Assembly (NCBI GenBank): GCA_965279525.1
Contig: CBDIIB010000005.1
Coordinates: forward strand, 1,760,001-1,824,000
Length of the DNA stretch: 64,000 nt
From: Tagaea sp.
GTDB taxonomy: Bacteria; Pseudomonadota; Alphaproteobacteria; CACIAM-22H2
Reading direction: 5' to 3'
Shown in pieces: positions 42,999 to 51,662 of the stretch. Each line of letters begins with the position of its first letter. Positions within the stretch are counted from its first letter, which is position 1. The notes below the pieces were generated by a model, which saw only the letters and a program-made list of their open reading frames with translations, was not told the origin of the DNA and searched no databases. Both the position numbers and the translations under genes were made by a program.

Positions 42999-43591
42999 AG
43001 ACATCCGGCATCGCCGATGCACTCGCCCGTGCGATCGAAGGGCCGCCCGACGGGCGCGTCACGCTCGGCGAACTCGTTGCCCGGCTCGAAGCGCGCGGCT
43101 ACGGCATGCTGCTGTTCCTGTTCTCGGCCCCCAATCTCACGCCGGGACCGAGCATCCCGGGCTTCTCGACGATCTTCGCGGTCCCGCTCGCCGTGATCGC
43201 GGCCCAGATGGTGATGGGCATCGCACATCCGCGCCTGCCCGGGTTCCTCGCACGCCTCGGCATCGGGCGGGCGCGCGCGCAGTCGATCCTGGGCCATCTC
43301 CGACCCATGCTGGCGCGCGTCGAACGGCTGTTCGCAGCACGCTGGCCGGCCTGGTCCGGCCCGTCGGCGCGGCGCTGGATCGGGGTCGTGGCGATCGTGC
43401 AGGCGGTGCTGCTGCTGCTGCCGCTGCCCGTGTTGCCGCTGATCCCGTCGCTGGCCCTCATCGTGCTGTCGCTCGGGCTCGTGGCACATGACGGGCGCGC
43501 GGTCGCCCTCGGCCTCGTGCTCTGCGCCGCGGCGACGGCAGCGTTCGTCGCGGCGCTCGTGCTGGGGGCGGCCGCCTTGGGCCTCGCATAA
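42995..43591 (+). CDS. exoD: ExoD family membrane protein
   Basis: TLGELV..L..RGYG.LL, PGFSTIFAVPL...QM, DG near the C-terminus. Confidence 0.8.
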   Translation: MKTSGIADALARAIEGPPDGRVTLGELVARLEARGYGMLLFLFSAPNLTPGPSIPGFSTIFAVPLAVIAAQMVMGIAHPRLPGFLARLGIGRARAQSILGHLRPMLARVERLFAARWPAWSGPSARRWIGVVAIVQAVLLLLPLPVLPLIPSLALIVLSLGLVAHDGRAVALGLVLCAAATAAFVAALVLGAAALGLA

Positions 43592-43631
43592 CCGGCGTCG
43601 GGCTTGTAGAATCCGGGCAACCCGAGTCGCG

Positions 43632-44300
43632 ATGCGAATTCTCCATCACCTTCCGCTTTCCCCGTTCTGCCGCAAAGTGCGCGTTGCACTGGGCGAGAAG
43701 CGTCTCGATTTCGAAATGAAGGTCGAGAAGACGTGGGAACGCTCGCCCGTGTTCCTCGCCGTCAATCCCGCCGGCACCGTGCCGGTGCTGATCGAGGAGG
43801 ACGGCACGGCGATCTGCCATTCGCAGGCGATCTGCGAACATCTCGAGCGCGAATATCCCGAGGTCAACCTGATCGGCGAGACGCCCGCCGAGCGCGCCGA
43901 GGTGCGCCGGATCGTCGCGTGGTTCGACGAGAAGTTCGCGCGCGAGGTGACCGACAATCTCTACCGCGAAAAGATGATGAAGCGCTTCCTCGCGACCGCC
44001 GAGCCCAGCTCGCAGGCGATCCGTGCGGGCTACCAGAACATCCGCTATCACCTCGACTACATCGGCTGGCTTGCCGAACGGCGCAAGTTCCTTGCCGGCG
44101 AACGCTTCAGCCTCGCCGATGTCGCGGCGGCGGCGCATATCTCCACGCTCGACTATCTGGGCGATGTGCCGTGGGAGGCCTATCCGCGCGCGCATGAATG
44201 GTACGCGCCGATCAAGAGCCGGCCGTCGTTCCGCCCGCTGCTGGCCGATCACGTCCCCGGCTCGCCGCCGCCGGCGCACTACGCGGATCTGGATTTCTGA
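43632..44300 (+). CDS. fzlA: GST-family protein, FtsZ-binding FzlA-like
   Basis: LSPFCRKVR..LGEK, SLAD..AAAH, KSRPSFRPLL, terminal HYADLDF. Confidence 0.72.
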   Translation: MRILHHLPLSPFCRKVRVALGEKRLDFEMKVEKTWERSPVFLAVNPAGTVPVLIEEDGTAICHSQAICEHLEREYPEVNLIGETPAERAEVRRIVAWFDEKFAREVTDNLYREKMMKRFLATAEPSSQAIRAGYQNIRYHLDYIGWLAERRKFLAGERFSLADVAAAAHISTLDYLGDVPWEAYPRAHEWYAPIKSRPSFRPLLADHVPGSPPPAHYADLDF

Positions 44301-44472
44301 ACCGCAAATAATATTTACGAAATTGTAGTGCCCGCTTGCTGTAGCGGGTCACTCCTACATCATCCACAACGGGTTGTGGATAACGCGAATTCTATAGATT
44401 TTATAGTGGGTTGCATCACTTGGCGGCCTGCGGTTTGCTTGATAAATAAGAATTTCAACTTTTGCAGATTGC

Positions 44473-45789
44473 ATGAACGCCACAGCGCAGCTCAGTCCCA
44501 TCGGCCGGAAACTGCCGCCCAAGCTGACCCAGCCCCTGCTGGACCAGATGCTGGACGCGCATGTGCGCTGGCTCACCGGCAAGGCCGGCGGCAAGCGGCT
44601 GGTGCTGAAGTTCTTCGAGGCGAGCCATCTCGATTTCAACGACCGCGACCTGACCGATGCCGAGTTCGTCGGCGGCAGCTTCGTGGAAAGCGACTTCTCG
44701 CGCGCCAAGCTGCACCGCGCCAGCTTCTACGGCGCCGACGTGCGGCGCGCCTATTTCATCGATGCCGACATGACGCGCGTCGATTTCCGCGCGGCGTGCC
44801 TGTCGGGTGCCGATCTCGAAGGGGCGATCCTGCATCGCGCGGACCTGCGCGACGGGGTGATGGTCTCGGCCGGCGACGACGGCCAGCTCGACTACGCCAA
44901 GGCCGCGACGACGACGACCAACGCGTCGGGGGCCCGTTTCGTCGGCGCGCAGATGACCGAGGCGCGCGTGGGCCGGGCCATCGGCAACAAGACCGACCTG
45001 ACGAACTGCAATCTCGCCAACGCGAGTCTCGTCGGCGCCGACCTGACGGGTTCGGACCTGACCGGCACGATCTTCCGCGGCGCCGACCTCACCGAGACGA
45101 ACCTGTCGAACTGCATCCTGGGCGGCGCCACCTTCGCCGAAGCGCGCATGATGCGCACGAACCTCGAAGGCGCCGACCTTGCGGCCGTTTCGCTCGACGG
45201 CGCGTTCATGCAGGAGGTGCGCCTCGCGCACGCCAAGTATCCGGTCGATCCGATCCGCATTGGCTTCGATCTTGCCGCCGCGGTCGCCGATCACGGCAAG
45301 TGGGTCGATACCGAGGGGCGCGAAGGCAAGCAGCTCGATCTCGAAGCTTACGACTTCACCGCCGCCGATCTTTCCAACGCGCGCCTGTCGGCGGCCAAGT
45401 TCGTGCGCTGCACGTTCCGCAAGGCGGAGCTTTCCGGCGCCGATCTCACCTTCGCGAACCTGACGGGCTGCCAGTTCACCAACGCCAACCTGCCCGGCAT
45501 CAAGGCGCGCGGCGCCAATTTCTCGAAGACGAACCTGATGGGGGCCGACCTGCGCGGGGCCGATTTCAGCGCGCTGCCGCTGGCCCCCGGTGCCGCGCGC
45601 GCCACGTGGCCCACGCGCCTTGCCGACTGCCAGGCGACGGGCGCCAATTTCTCGGGCGCCAAGCTCACGGATTCCAACATGCGCCGGGCCATCCTGCGCG
45701 GCGCCGACCTCACCGACGTCGATGCGCGCGGTGCCGACATGGCGCGCGCCGATCTCGTCAAGGCGACGACGACGAACTTCAAGCGCTAG
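44473..45789 (+). CDS. Pentapeptide repeat protein
   Basis: Many A(D/N)Lxx repeats in two blocks, each opened by an H..W...GK cap. Confidence 0.92.
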   Translation: MNATAQLSPIGRKLPPKLTQPLLDQMLDAHVRWLTGKAGGKRLVLKFFEASHLDFNDRDLTDAEFVGGSFVESDFSRAKLHRASFYGADVRRAYFIDADMTRVDFRAACLSGADLEGAILHRADLRDGVMVSAGDDGQLDYAKAATTTTNASGARFVGAQMTEARVGRAIGNKTDLTNCNLANASLVGADLTGSDLTGTIFRGADLTETNLSNCILGGATFAEARMMRTNLEGADLAAVSLDGAFMQEVRLAHAKYPVDPIRIGFDLAAAVADHGKWVDTEGREGKQLDLEAYDFTAADLSNARLSAAKFVRCTFRKAELSGADLTFANLTGCQFTNANLPGIKARGANFSKTNLMGADLRGADFSALPLAPGAARATWPTRLADCQATGANFSGAKLTDSNMRRAILRGADLTDVDARGADMARADLVKATTTNFKR

Positions 45790-45822
45790 CCGGCCTCACA
45801 CGTCGGAAGGCCGTCCGGATTT

Positions 45823-46461
45823 TTACTGGCTGACCCACAGGATGCGGTGGCAGAAGACGACGTCCGACACTTCGAGGACGCGTTCGCCGTGCGCCGCGTT
45901 GAGCGAGGTGAGCTCGAGCTTGCGCTGGCCCTTGCGGATCAGCTGCTTTGCCATCACTTCGCCCGTCGTGGTCTTGACCACGCAGCGGTCGCCGCGGCGC
46001 AGGCTGGCCTGCGGCGAGACGACGATCGTGTCGCCGTCGCGGTAGACCGGCTCCATGCTGTCGCCCGCGACCATCAGCGCGTAGGCGTGCGTGTCGGCAA
46101 GCTCGGGGAACAGCAGCTCGTCCCAGCCCGCCCCGGTCGGATAGCCGGCATCGTCGAAGAAGCCCTTCTCGCCGGCCTGCGCGTAGCCGATCACGGGCAC
46201 GCGGCGCATGGCGCCGGCCACGCTCGGCACGGTGCCGATATAGCCGACGAACTCCGACATCGTGGCGCCGGTCGCCTCGAGGATCTTGGAGATGCTCTCG
46301 GTCGACGGCCAGCGCGGGCGGCCGTCGCGCGAGATGCGCTTGGACTTGTTGAAGGTTGTGGGATCGAGGCCGGCGCGGCGCGCCAGTCCCGACGGGGAGA
46401 AGCCATGATCGCCTGCGAGCTGATCGATGGCCTGCCAAACATCTGCGTGACGGAGAATCAT
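45823..46461 (-). CDS. HTH plus S24 peptidase (CI/LexA-like) repressor
   Basis: N-terminal HTH (SGLARRAGLDPTTFNKSKR), AQAG cleavage-site-like motif, GDSM Ser, MAK Lys. Confidence 0.88.
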   Translation of the reverse strand: MILRHADVWQAIDQLAGDHGFSPSGLARRAGLDPTTFNKSKRISRDGRPRWPSTESISKILEATGATMSEFVGYIGTVPSVAGAMRRVPVIGYAQAGEKGFFDDAGYPTGAGWDELLFPELADTHAYALMVAGDSMEPVYRDGDTIVVSPQASLRRGDRCVVKTTTGEVMAKQLIRKGQRKLELTSLNAAHGERVLEVSDVVFCHRILWVSQ

Positions 46462-46496
46462 GTGTGAATTTTTACTCAGGTTGTTGCGGAATGCAT

Positions 46497-46512
46497 TAGG
46501 TATGTAAGCCAA
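46497..46512. promoter_or_regulatory. Candidate operator copy 1 (TAGGT-N6-GCCAA)
   Basis: TAGGTATGTAAGCCAA, 36 nt upstream of the repressor start; the same 10 flanking bases recur at 47147. Confidence 0.5.
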
Positions 46513-46572
46513 AATATATCTTCAAATGAAAATAAACGCAAGTTTGTATGGATTGCGTCCCTGTCAAAGGAT

Positions 46573-46587
46573 GTTTAGCTTTTGTTC
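46573..46587 (+). promoter_or_regulatory. Putative alphaproteobacterial LexA box
   Basis: GTTT-AGCTTTT-GTTC versus consensus GTTC-N7-GTTC, 20 nt upstream of ATG 46608. Confidence 0.5.
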
Positions 46588-46607
46588 TTTCCATTTCAGG
46601 TAGTGAC

Positions 46608-47075
46608 ATGCGGCGATTCCCAAGGGCGGGCAGGGTGCCGGAAGCGGCAAAGGCGGGTGGTCTTGCCACGGCCGGGGCGCGTGCCCTCGTCGTGTTCCGC
46701 GACCAGACCGAGATCCGCTGGCTCTACGGCCTCCGGCGGGGCTTCCGCCACTGCGCGGTGTGGGTGCGGGCGGGCGATTTCTGGATCGCACAGGAAACCC
46801 TTTCGCATCAGACTTTATTGGGGGTCTGGCCGGCCGGTGACGGGACCGGGCTGGTGGCGGCCCTGCGCGCGTCCGGGCACCGGGTCGTGCGCACGCGCAT
46901 CGCGGCGGCTCCCCGCCGGATCGCCCCGCCGCTGCCGTTCAGCTGTGTGGAATCGGTCAAGCGCGTTCTGGGCATCCACGCCTGGGATGTGCTGACCCCC
47001 TGGCAGCTCTACCGGCATTTGATCCGGGGGCGTTCAAAATCGATATTGACAATTACCCTAACTAGGAATATTTAA
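46608..47075 (+). CDS. Hypothetical protein, possible permuted papain-like (His-before-Cys) peptidase
   Basis: FRHCAV ... FSCVESVKRVLG ... LTPWQLY motif order. Confidence 0.65.
   Translation: MRRFPRAGRVPEAAKAGGLATAGARALVVFRDQTEIRWLYGLRRGFRHCAVWVRAGDFWIAQETLSHQTLLGVWPAGDGTGLVAALRASGHRVVRTRIAAAPRRIAPPLPFSCVESVKRVLGIHAWDVLTPWQLYRHLIRGRSKSILTITLTRNI
47046..47074 (+). promoter_or_regulatory. Putative sigma70 promoter of the head operon
   Basis: TTGACA-N17-TATTTA in an AT-rich patch. Confidence 0.55.
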
Positions 47076-47146
47076 TAAAACAGGCTCGATATTCGGGCAG
47101 TTTCGGGTTTCGAAGGGCGCGATTTCGGGCGCCTTGGAACCGGAAA

Positions 47147-47162
47147 TAGGTTTTAGTGCCAA
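47147..47162. promoter_or_regulatory. Candidate operator copy 2 (TAGGT-N6-GCCAA)
   Basis: TAGGTTTTAGTGCCAA just upstream of the RBS of the first structural gene. Confidence 0.5.
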
Positions 47163-47183
47163 CTTTTTTGCTGGAGATGTCCC

Positions 47184-47399
47184 ATGGGTGGTTTTTTCTC
47201 GGCTCCCTCGATTCCCGCTTCGCCGCCACCGCCGCCGCTCCCCGAGCCGGTCGATACCGACAAGGAAGCGCGCGAGGCGCGCATCAAGGCGCTGATCCGC
47301 CGCCGGCGCGGCCGGGCCGGCCTTGTCGCGACCGGCGATCGCGGCGTGCTGCAGGCCCCGGCCGGCGCCTCGCTGCTGGCGACGAAGCTGGGAGAATGA
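47184..47399 (+). CDS. Small Pro/Arg-rich putative virion protein preceding the portal
   Basis: GGAG RBS, MGG...P-rich...RRGR...LG; ATGA overlap with portal; position matches the small pre-portal genes of podoviruses. Confidence 0.7.
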   Translation: MGGFFSAPSIPASPPPPPLPEPVDTDKEAREARIKALIRRRRGRAGLVATGDRGVLQAPAGASLLATKLGE

Positions 47400-48952
47400 C
47401 GATGGCCGATTTCGATCCGCCCACTTTCGATCCGGCCGCCGCCGCCAGCGAAGCGCTTGCCCGCTACCGGCGCGCGCGCCAGTCGCGCGGCAACTGGGAA
47501 GCGGTCTGGCAGGACTGCTACGAGTTCGCGTTGCCCCAGCGCACGCCGTCGGGGACCGGCGGCATCGAGCGGCGCGGCGAGCGGCTGTTCGACGGCACAG
47601 CCGGCGACGCGGCCGAGCAGCTTGCCGCCTCGCTGATGTCGCAGCTCGTGCCGCCCTGGTCGCGCTGGTTCGGCCTGCAGCCGGGCAACGAGGTGCCCGA
47701 GGCGCATCGCACGGCCGTCGGCGAGGTGCTGGAAAAGGCCGCCGCCACGCTGCAGGCGCATTTCGACCGCTCGAACTTCGCCATGGAGATCCACCAGTGT
47801 TTCCTCGACCTCGTCGTCGCCGGCACGGCGATGCTGCAGTTCGAGGAAGCGCCGGCAGGGGCGGACTCCGCGTTCCGCTTCGCGGCCGTGCCGCTGGGAA
47901 GACTGGCGCTCGACGAGACCGCCGAAGGCGCCTTCGACATCGTCTTCCGCACGAGCGAGCTTTCCGCCGAACGGCTGATGGCGCGTTTTCCCGACGCGGC
48001 ACTGCCCGACGCGATCCGGAAAACCGACCCGCGCGGCAGCGCCGAGCGGCGCTTCACGGTCGTCGAATCGCTGCAGGCCGAGCGGCCGGGCTTCCGTTAT
48101 CTCGCCCTGCTCGAGGACGGCACCGACGCGTCCGGCCCCGTCGTGCTAGCGGAGGGGCGTTTCGAGCAGCCGCCGTTCCTCGCCTTCCGCTGGCTCAAGG
48201 CGCCGGGCGAGGTCTATGGCCGCTCGCCCGTGATGAAGGCGCTGCCCGACATCAAGACCGCCAACAAGGTGGTCGAACTCGTGCTGAAGAACGCGTCGAT
48301 CGCGGTCACCGGCATCTGGCAGGCGGACGACGACGGCGTGCTCAACCCCGCGAACATCCGCCTGCAGCCGGGCACGATCATCCCCAAGGCAGTGGGTTCG
48401 GCCGGCCTCACGCCGCTCGAAGCACCCGGGCGCTTCGACGTGTCGAACCTCGTGCTCGACGACCTGCGCAAGCGCATCCGCCATGCGCTTCTCGCCGACC
48501 GTCTCGGGCAGGTCGACAGCCCGACGATGACCGCGACCGAGGTGCTGGAACGTTCGGCGGAGATGTCGCGCATCCTGGGGGCGACCTATGGCCGCCTGCA
48601 GGCCGAACTGCTGACGCCGCTGATCGCGCGCGCCATCGCCATCCTGCGCCGGCGCGGCGAGATCCCGCCCGTGCTGGTCGACGGGCGCACGGTCGAGCTC
48701 CAGTACAAGTCGCCGCTGGCACTCGTGCAAGCGCAGGCCGACGTGCGCAACGCCATGCTGTGGATCACCCAGGCCGCCAGCCTCGGCCCCGAGGCGATGG
48801 CCGTCGTCGATGCCGGGGCCGCCGCACGCTGGATGGCGCGCGCGTTGAGCGTGCCGGCCGATCTCGTCCGTCCGCCGTCCCCTGTTCTGCCGGGGCCTGT
48901 TTCGCCGATGGCGATGCTCGCCCAAGTCCTCACACCCCAACCCCAACAGTGA
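47396..48952 (+). CDS. Head-to-tail connector (portal), T7 gp8/BPP-1 type
   Basis: LFDGTA..A...LAA.L...L.P....WF, RW....GEVYGRSP...ALPDIK, MTATEV.ER, Y.SPLA..Q. Confidence 0.9.
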   Translation: MTMADFDPPTFDPAAAASEALARYRRARQSRGNWEAVWQDCYEFALPQRTPSGTGGIERRGERLFDGTAGDAAEQLAASLMSQLVPPWSRWFGLQPGNEVPEAHRTAVGEVLEKAAATLQAHFDRSNFAMEIHQCFLDLVVAGTAMLQFEEAPAGADSAFRFAAVPLGRLALDETAEGAFDIVFRTSELSAERLMARFPDAALPDAIRKTDPRGSAERRFTVVESLQAERPGFRYLALLEDGTDASGPVVLAEGRFEQPPFLAFRWLKAPGEVYGRSPVMKALPDIKTANKVVELVLKNASIAVTGIWQADDDGVLNPANIRLQPGTIIPKAVGSAGLTPLEAPGRFDVSNLVLDDLRKRIRHALLADRLGQVDSPTMTATEVLERSAEMSRILGATYGRLQAELLTPLIARAIAILRRRGEIPPVLVDGRTVELQYKSPLALVQAQADVRNAMLWITQAASLGPEAMAVVDAGAAARWMARALSVPADLVRPPSPVLPGPVSPMAMLAQVLTPQPQQ

Positions 48953-48963
48953 AAGGAAGAACC

Positions 48964-49686
48964 ATGACCGATACGATCGCGAATTCCCCCGCAACGCCGC
49001 CGCCTTCGCGCCCCGACCACGTGCCCGAGAAATTCTGGGACGTGGAGGGCAACCAGGTGCGCGTCGAGGCGCTGTCGAAATCCTATTCGGAACTCGAGCG
49101 CAAGCTCTCCGGCATGATCCCGGGGCCGAAATCGCCCGAATGGGAGCAGAGCTGGCGCAAGGCGCTGGGCGTGCCCGAAGCGCCCGACGCCTACCGCATC
49201 GCGCCCAAGGACGAACTCGTTTCGGTCGATCCGGAAGTGAACCGCCGCCTGCATGCGGCCGGCTTCACGCCGCAGCAGGCCCAGCTCGTCTACGACCTCG
49301 CGGTCGAGCGGCTCGTCCCGATGGTGCAGGACTATGCCGAGAGCTACCGCACCGAGACCGCGCGCGAGAAGCTCGCGGCCGAGTTCGGCGGCGCGGATCA
49401 ATGGGCCGCACTGGCCCCGCAGATCGCGCGCTGGGGCCAGCAGGCCCTGCCTTCGCATGTCTACGCGGCGCTCGCCGCGTCGCCCGAGGGCGTGCGCGCG
49501 ATGCACCGCATGATGTCGTCGAAGGAACCGGACCTGCGTGGCTTCGGCGGTGCGGCCGCCCCGCTCGACGAGGAAGGCCTGCGCAAGCTGATGTCCGACA
49601 AGCGCTACTGGCGCGACCACGACCCCGCGGTCGTGCGTGCCGTCAGTGAAGGTTTCAAGCGGCTCTACCCGGATCGCGAATCCTGA
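48964..49686 (+). CDS. Capsid assembly/scaffolding protein
   Basis: PEKFWD...L.KSY.ELE, PEAPDAY, C-terminal YW..HDP; between portal and capsid; AAGGA RBS. Confidence 0.75.
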   Translation: MTDTIANSPATPPPSRPDHVPEKFWDVEGNQVRVEALSKSYSELERKLSGMIPGPKSPEWEQSWRKALGVPEAPDAYRIAPKDELVSVDPEVNRRLHAAGFTPQQAQLVYDLAVERLVPMVQDYAESYRTETAREKLAAEFGGADQWAALAPQIARWGQQALPSHVYAALAASPEGVRAMHRMMSSKEPDLRGFGGAAAPLDEEGLRKLMSDKRYWRDHDPAVVRAVSEGFKRLYPDRES

Positions 49687-49696
49687 TCCGCAGGGC

Positions 49697-49725
49697 TTGA
49701 CAACAAAACAACCATAGATTATATA
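49697..49725 (+). promoter_or_regulatory. Near-consensus sigma70 promoter upstream of the capsid gene
   Basis: TTGACA-N17-TATATA. Confidence 0.65.
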
Positions 49726-49936
49726 CCGGATCGTTCCGCCCCGCCCTGTGCGCGGGAGAACGGAACGACCCACTTCCTTCCAGCGCCAACGGGACAACCG
49801 GCTTTCCGGCCCCCACGGCACCGCCCGACTTTCCCCCGCGAAACGGGGTCGTGGCTTTCGTGTCCTTTCCGGACGCGGGCGCCTCGGCAACCCTCGCTTG
49901 CGGGTCCCCCGAACCCAACTCGCAACAGAGGGACCC

Positions 49937-50749
49937 ATGCCCGACATCGACAAGGCTTTCGTCAAGCAATACGAGAACGACGTCCATCTCGCCTTCCAGC
50001 GGATGGGCTCGAAACTGCGCACGAGCGTGCGCTCGAAGAAGAACGTCCAGGGTGCTTCGACCGTCTTCCAGAAAATGGGTCGCGGCGCCGCCACCACCAA
50101 GGCCCGCCACGCGGCCGTGCCCGTGATGAACGTCGACCATGCGACGGTCGAAGTGTTCCTCAAGGATTATTACGCGGGCGAATGGCTCGACGCGCTCGAC
50201 GAGATCAAGGCGCCGAGCGACGAGCGTTCGGCGGTCGTCAATTCCGGCGCCTACGCGCTGGGACGCAAGACCGACGAGCTGATCATCGGCGCACTCCAGA
50301 CCTCGGCGAACTTCGCCGGGGCCGACACCGACGGTCTCACCAAGGCCAAGATCCTGACCGCGTTCGAGATGCTGGGCGCTTCCGACGTGCCCGACGACGG
50401 TGACCGCTTCGCCATCATCGGGTGGAAGCAGTGGAGCGAGCTGCTCGACATCGACGAGTTCGCCAACGCCGACTATGTCGGCGCCGACGATCTCCCGTGG
50501 CAGGGCACGCAGGCCAAGAAGTGGCTCGGCACCTTGTGGATGCCGCATTCGGGCCTGCTCGCCAGCGGCGGCGTGCGCGCGTGCCACTGGTACCACAAGG
50601 CCGCGGTCGGCCACGCGTCGGGCTGCGAGGTGCGCTCGGACGTGTCGTGGCACGGCGACCGCGCGTCGTTCTTCATCAGCAACATGATGAGCCAGGGCGC
50701 CGGCATCATCGATGCCGCCGGCGTCGTGACCCTGCGCTGCAAGGAATAG
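49937..50749 (+). CDS. Major capsid protein (podoviral)
   Basis: FVKQY...VH..FQ..GSKLR..V, AYALGRKTDELII, ..ADYV; follows the scaffold. Confidence 0.85.
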   Translation: MPDIDKAFVKQYENDVHLAFQRMGSKLRTSVRSKKNVQGASTVFQKMGRGAATTKARHAAVPVMNVDHATVEVFLKDYYAGEWLDALDEIKAPSDERSAVVNSGAYALGRKTDELIIGALQTSANFAGADTDGLTKAKILTAFEMLGASDVPDDGDRFAIIGWKQWSELLDIDEFANADYVGADDLPWQGTQAKKWLGTLWMPHSGLLASGGVRACHWYHKAAVGHASGCEVRSDVSWHGDRASFFISNMMSQGAGIIDAAGVVTLRCKE

Positions 50750-50758
50750 GAGCGAACG

Positions 50759-51028
50759 ATGGCCTTCGAACTCAGGAACCTGTCCGTGCTCGCCTACGCG
50801 AACGGCTTCACGCTGTGGCACTACGCCACGCCGGATGAAGCCGCCGCGGTCGACGATGCGGGCTACTTCAACGCCGCCGCCGACATGCTGCGCGCCGGCG
50901 ACATGATCCTTGCCAACACGGCCACGACGACGGCGCCGCAAAGCGGCGTCTTCGCGGTCGCGACGGTGGCGGCGGGATCGGTCGATGCCGCGAGCCTGAC
51001 ACCGTTCGGCACGTCCAACCCCGACTGA
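50759..51028 (+). CDS. Small protein after capsid (possible decoration protein)
   Basis: AGGAG RBS; LSVLAYANGFTLWHY...GYFN.A..ML..GD.I. Confidence 0.7.
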   Translation: MAFELRNLSVLAYANGFTLWHYATPDEAAAVDDAGYFNAAADMLRAGDMILANTATTTAPQSGVFAVATVAAGSVDAASLTPFGTSNPD

Positions 51029-51040
51029 CGAAACGGCAAC

Positions 51041-51076
51041 CCGGCGGGCGCGATCGCGTCCGCCGGACTTTCCCTT
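51041..51076 (+). terminator. GC-rich hairpin with pyrimidine tail between head and tail genes (weak terminator/attenuator)
   Basis: CCGGCGGGCGC-GATC-GCGTCCGCCGG followed by ACTTTCCCTT. Confidence 0.5.
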
Positions 51077-51092
51077 GTCCGGAGAATCCGCA

Positions 51093-51662
51093 ATGGCCCT
51101 CACGTCCATCGCCTTGTGCGCGCGCGCCCTCGTCAAGCTCGGTGCCCGCTCGATCGCCTCGTTCGACGAAGGCACGGCCGAGGCGGAAGTCGCCGCCGTG
51201 CTCTATCCATCCGTGCGCGACGGCCTGCTGTCCGCCCATCCGTGGAGCTTCGCGACCGGCCAGGCCACGCTTGCGCGCCTTGCGCGCGATCCCGTCGCCG
51301 ACCACGCCTTCGCCTACCAGCTTCCGGCCGATTTCCTGCGCGCTTTGTCGCTGGGGACGGGCACGCGCGGCCGCGGGACCGAATACCGGATCGTGGAATC
51401 CACGCTCCACTGCGATGCCGACCAGGTCGTGCTGTCCTACGTGTTCCGGCCCGACGAGACCGGCTTCCCGCCCTTCTTCGACACGCTGCTGATCGCCACG
51501 CTGGCGGCCGAGTTCTGCCTGCCGGTGACGGAAAGCACCAGCCGCGCCGAACTGCTGCGCCGCGTGGCCGAGGGCGAGTTCCGGCGCGCGCGCCTGATCG
51601 ACGCCCAGCAGGACACGCCCCAGCGCATCGAGGACTTCACGCTGGTGGAGGCCCGCCGATGA
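51093..51662 (+). CDS. Tail tubular protein A/adaptor (T7 gp11-like)
   Basis: C.RAL..LG...I.SF.E, HPWSFA, YQLP.DFLR, LA.E.C.P.T. Confidence 0.8.
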   Translation: MALTSIALCARALVKLGARSIASFDEGTAEAEVAAVLYPSVRDGLLSAHPWSFATGQATLARLARDPVADHAFAYQLPADFLRALSLGTGTRGRGTEYRIVESTLHCDADQVVLSYVFRPDETGFPPFFDTLLIATLAAEFCLPVTESTSRAELLRRVAEGEFRRARLIDAQQDTPQRIEDFTLVEARR

